Positions 60,744 to 64,000 of a stretch of DNA of 64,000 nucleotides are shown here, piece after piece. The position numbers and the translations under genes are program-made. The notes under the pieces were generated by a model. The model saw only the letters and a program-made list of their open reading frames with translations, made no database searches and was not told where the DNA came from. The stretch's first letter is position 1. The number at the start of each line of letters is the position of its first letter. This DNA comes from an uncultured bacterium (GTDB lineage Bacteria > Chloroflexota > UBA5177 > JANWHV01): assembly GCA_963827235.1 (NCBI GenBank), contig CAWHAE010000010.1:352001-416000 (forward strand), written 5' to 3'.

Positions 60744-61517
60744 CTAGCCGGGCAGGTGCATGCTCACCGTCAGCCCGCCGTCCGCGAACAGCACGGCGCC
60801 CGTCACGTACGAGGCGCGCTCCGAGGCCAGAAAGACCGCGACATCGGCCATCTCGTTCGGCATGCCCACCCGCCCGAGCGGTATGTACCCCTCCAAGTTG
60901 AGGGGATAGGGTTCGAGCGCCGCGGCTCCGCGCCGCACGTCGATCGATCCGGGTGCGAGCGCATTGACGCGTATGCCCAACGGCGATAGCTCATCTGCCA
61001 GCGATCGCGTCATCATATTGATCGCCGCTTTGCTGGAGGCATAGTGGACATGCCCGTGGCGGGCGAGGACACTGTGCACGGACGAGATGAGCACGATGCT
61101 TCCCCGGCGCTTCGTGTCCCGCATGTGTGCGGCGGCGCGCCGAGCGCAAAAGAACATGCTCTTGAGATTGATGTCCTGCGTGCGATCCCAGTCTTCTTCG
61201 GTGAGATCAAACAGGGGACGCGGGTCGGTCAACCCCGCATTGTAGACGAGCACGTCGATAGCCCCGAGCGTGGCGACCGTCTCGTCGACCACCGCCTCCA
61301 CGTCGGCAACTCGACGCCCGTCCGCCGCGCACAGCAGGCAGCGACGCCCAGCGGCGCGCACCTCGGCGGCAACCTTCTCAGCACCCTCTTTGCTGGACTG
61401 ATAACTGATGGCCAGATCGGCGCCGGCGTCGCTGAATCCGCGTGCGATCGCGGCTCCGATGCCCGTTCCGGCCCCAATGACGGTCACTACCTTGCCCGTA
61501 AAGTCGATCGTATACAC
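60744..61517 (-). CDS. SDR family oxidoreductase
   Basis: GAGTGIG, YNAG, SS, YASSK, IRVNALAPG, PLGRVG, YVTG...ADGG. Confidence 0.94.
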   Translation of the reverse strand: MYTIDFTGKVVTVIGAGTGIGAAIARGFSDAGADLAISYQSSKEGAEKVAAEVRAAGRRCLLCAADGRRVADVEAVVDETVATLGAIDVLVYNAGLTDPRPLFDLTEEDWDRTQDINLKSMFFCARRAAAHMRDTKRRGSIVLISSVHSVLARHGHVHYASSKAAINMMTRSLADELSPLGIRVNALAPGSIDVRRGAAALEPYPLNLEGYIPLGRVGMPNEMADVAVFLASERASYVTGAVLFADGGLTVSMHLPG

Positions 61518-61660
61518 GGTCGCTCCCTGTCACTTCACCATGCTGCCCATCGCATTGCACGCGCCTGGGCTGTTCGAGTCCGTTCTCGCGCGATCTCGGC
61601 AGGAAAGCGAGCATGGCGAGCCTGCGCGCCGGTGCGCCTGCCGGCTTGATCCTGTACTGG

Positions 61661-61680
61661 GTCGATTGTATACTGTCGAC
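61661..61680. promoter_or_regulatory. Palindromic candidate GntR operator between divergent SDR and DHDPS-family genes
   Basis: GTCGA-TT-GTATAC-TG-TCGAC. Confidence 0.75.
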
Positions 61681-61750
61681 CGGAGTTGATCCAGCGCCGA
61701 TGCTGCGATGCGCGGCCGGACGCCGGCGCGCAATCGAGGGGAGAATGGTG

Positions 61751-62725
61751 ATGAGCGACCAATCCGCCACGAGCCGTACCGTACCAATGCGCCGGCGATT
61801 GACACGCGACAATCTTCACGGCGTGTGGGCCGCGGTGGCGACGCCGTTTGACATGGACGGTCGTTTTGACGAGGCGATCTTGAGGGAGAACGTGCGGCGC
61901 CTCTACGCGGCGGGCGTGCACGGGATCTACACCACCGACAGCGATGGCGAGTTCTACGCGCTCGAGCTCGACGAGTTCAAGCAAGTGGTCTCCGCTTTTG
62001 CCGACGAGACGCAGCGCCTCGGCGTCCCGGCTCAGGTGGGTGTGACCTGGTGCAACACGCAGGGCATGGTCGATAGGCTGCACTTTGCCGCCGACCACGG
62101 CATCCTGGGCGCCCACGTGGGGCATCCGTTCTTCATGCCCATGACGCCGGAGTCGTACAGGGAGTTCTGGCGTGACATGCAGCGAGCCGTGCCCGAGTGG
62201 TTCGCGCTGGTGCACTACAACACGCCGCGAGTGCACAACTACCAGTATGGACCTGACTATGCTCTGCTCGCACAGGATCTGCCCAATCTGATTGGCAGCA
62301 AGCACGTGGGCTCCAGCGTGCCAGAGTTCCTAACCTTGATGGCCAGCGCGCCGGAGCTGAGCCATTTCACCGGCGAGCATGCCATGGCGGCTTTCATGAT
62401 GCTGGGCGCTCGCGGCGTTTACTCGTGGTTTGTTAACTTCAACGCCGCCTACATGGTGTCGTGGTATGACGACATCGTGAACCGGCGATGGGAAGAGGCT
62501 ATCGCCAAACAGCATCGCATGCACGCCTTCATCACGGCGACGAGCATTCTGCAAGGGAACGGCAACCTGCACGGCATCGTCGGCAAGGCCGTGACAGCCG
62601 CATCGAAGTTTCTGGTGCCGGCGAACCGCACCCGAAAGCCGTACTTACCGATTCCCGATACCACGATTCGTGAGTTCCAGCGCCTCACCGAGGAGCAATT
62701 CCCCGATCTCTGCTGGCGGGGCTGA
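61751..62725 (+). CDS. DHDPS/N-acetylneuraminate lyase family protein (atypical)
   Basis: GVWAAVATPF..DG..D; GIYTTDSDGEF in place of GTTGE; HYNTP Tyr; IGSK Schiff-base Lys. Confidence 0.85.
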   Translation: MSDQSATSRTVPMRRRLTRDNLHGVWAAVATPFDMDGRFDEAILRENVRRLYAAGVHGIYTTDSDGEFYALELDEFKQVVSAFADETQRLGVPAQVGVTWCNTQGMVDRLHFAADHGILGAHVGHPFFMPMTPESYREFWRDMQRAVPEWFALVHYNTPRVHNYQYGPDYALLAQDLPNLIGSKHVGSSVPEFLTLMASAPELSHFTGEHAMAAFMMLGARGVYSWFVNFNAAYMVSWYDDIVNRRWEEAIAKQHRMHAFITATSILQGNGNLHGIVGKAVTAASKFLVPANRTRKPYLPIPDTTIREFQRLTEEQFPDLCWRG

Positions 62726-62773
62726 CCGCCGCTCGATGCCGGGTCGCCGCGCCCGCGAGTGCCGGGTGACGTG

Positions 62774-63541
62774 CTACTCCGGCGCCATGCCGACGGCGAG
62801 CGCGGCGCCACCGGCCTGCCGAGCCGTGCCGCGCGGACCGGCGTTTCTCTTGCGCTTGGGCGGGGCCGCCGTCTTGCTCGCCATGGCGCCGATGGTGATG
62901 CCCTGCCCACCGGTGAGATGGTCGTAGAGCAGCGCCTTGGCCGTCGCCGGCTCGTGCTGCTCGAGTGCAGCGACGATCGGGCGGTGCCCCGACACGGCCT
63001 TGGAGATGTCGTCTACCGTGGTGTCGGCTATGTCCAGTGTGGTCTCGATCAGCGTGGCCAGCGGCTCCCACGCGCTCCGCACGGCCCGGTTGCCCGAGAG
63101 CACGATCAGCGCGCGGTGGAAGGCCATGTCGGCGGTCGCAAACGCCTCCACTCGGCCCGCGGCCACCCCCTGCTCCATCTCGTCGATGTCGCGGTACAGG
63201 TCCGCTGCCTCTTCCTCCGTGATGCGCATGGCCGTGCGCTGAATGGCCAGCGTCTCCAGCGTCAGCCGGCACTCGTAGATGTCGGCGATGTCCTGTTGCG
63301 TCACGCCCACCACGTAGGCGCCGCGCCGCGGCTCGCTGCGCACCAGTCCTTCTCGCTCGAGCTGCGTGATCGCCTCGCGGATCGGTAGCCTGCTGACGCC
63401 GAAGCGCTTGGCCAGAGCCGGCTCTCTGAGGCGGTCGCCGGGAGCAAACTCCCCCAGCACGATGGCGCGGCGCAGGGTCGCGGCCACGCGTTCCCACAGT
63501 GCTTCAACCTGCACAATCTCCAGCTTATTGACACTCAGCAT
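62774..63541 (-). CDS. GntR family regulator with FCD domain (FadR subfamily)
   Basis: LRRAIV.G...PG.RL.E..LA..FGVSR.PIREA...L..EGLV; FHRAL; H..IV.A. Confidence 0.95.
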   Translation of the reverse strand: MLSVNKLEIVQVEALWERVAATLRRAIVLGEFAPGDRLREPALAKRFGVSRLPIREAITQLEREGLVRSEPRRGAYVVGVTQQDIADIYECRLTLETLAIQRTAMRITEEEAADLYRDIDEMEQGVAAGRVEAFATADMAFHRALIVLSGNRAVRSAWEPLATLIETTLDIADTTVDDISKAVSGHRPIVAALEQHEPATAKALLYDHLTGGQGITIGAMASKTAAPPKRKRNAGPRGTARQAGGAALAVGMAPE

Positions 63542-63904
63542 TCTTTGCCTCCCCCCGATTCACCTGCCCGTACGTTATCTCAGGCCGGCAGCGACGCGTA
63601 CCCACCTCCGTAGGGACCACCGGGCCAATCTCGACAATCGGGCACCGAGCTGAGCTGGTGGTCCGAGACTACCCCTAAGTGTACGAGACGGTCCAGGTTC
63701 TGTCCGCCGACACTACGTTTCCGGCCGGCTCGCACCGGGTTGGGCGACAAGACCGTGAGCCGCGGATTAGCCGCTTCCGAGTGTACCGTTCGAAGGCACT
63801 CTTCTGCCCAGCCGGCGCCCGACTCGCATCACGTCCTGCCTCCCGCATCATCCCCATGCCGCTATCGGGTGCGGCTCCCAGGCGACACGCAACTCCCACC
63901 ACGT

Positions 63905-63949
63905 GATGATTGTATACTATTGACAGTTGACGAACGGGCCTGCTACGCT
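63905..63949. promoter_or_regulatory. Candidate GntR operator overlapping a plus-strand promoter
   Basis: GATGATTGTATACTATTGAC (63905-63924) overlaps TTGACA(63920)-N18-TACGCT with extended TG. Confidence 0.6.
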
Positions 63950-63976
63950 CCGGCGACGGCGATTCCGAGTTCGCAC

Positions 63977-64000
63977 CGGGACGTGGTGAAGCTGGAACAC
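63977..64000 (+). tRNA. Probable 5' end of a tRNA gene (acceptor strand resembles tRNA-Pro), truncated by window
   Basis: CGGGACG acceptor strand, T8-G9, D-arm GTG..AGCTGG..CAC; promoter upstream; anticodon not visible. Confidence 0.5.

Noticed and set aside
33712-64000. tRNA-anchored genomic island covering the catabolic region
   Set aside because: The region lies at the tRNA 5' side; no integrase, att duplication or IS elements are visible

Overview
GC-rich bacterial chromosomal window with about 50 CDSs. The protein set (PlsY, MltG, MCP, non-lipidated binding proteins) is loosely Chloroflexota/Terrabacteria-like, which is an impression rather than a tested assignment. The left half is mixed housekeeping and accessory: a beta-helix repeat protein fragment, a sigma28-type promoter driving an MCP, a Na+/H+ antiporter, mltG, a PTS-dependent dihydroxyacetone kinase operon with its own HPr and EI, MFS/TetR, plsY and a GGDEF-HD-GYP protein. 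The right half (about 33.7-63.5 kb) is a dense carbohydrate-catabolic region with three modules. (1) A LacI-type divergon in which two near-mirror promoter/operator units drive a DegT aminotransferase-Gfo/Idh/MocA-phosphotriesterase arm and a sugar ABC importer arm, a candidate amino-sugar or aminocyclitol catabolic pathway. (2) A second sugar ABC importer with TIM-barrel isomerases and a levoglucosan-dehydrogenase-like enzyme. (3) A GntR regulon, visible as a repeated GTATAC-centred operator, linking an atypical DHDPS-family enzyme, an SDR, an E3-less E2-E1a-E1b dehydrogenase block of distinct codon usage, an FGGY kinase and a UroD-fold protein. The window ends in the probable 5' part of a tRNA. 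No CRISPR array, transposase or phage genes were seen. All product calls come from motif reading, not database searches.
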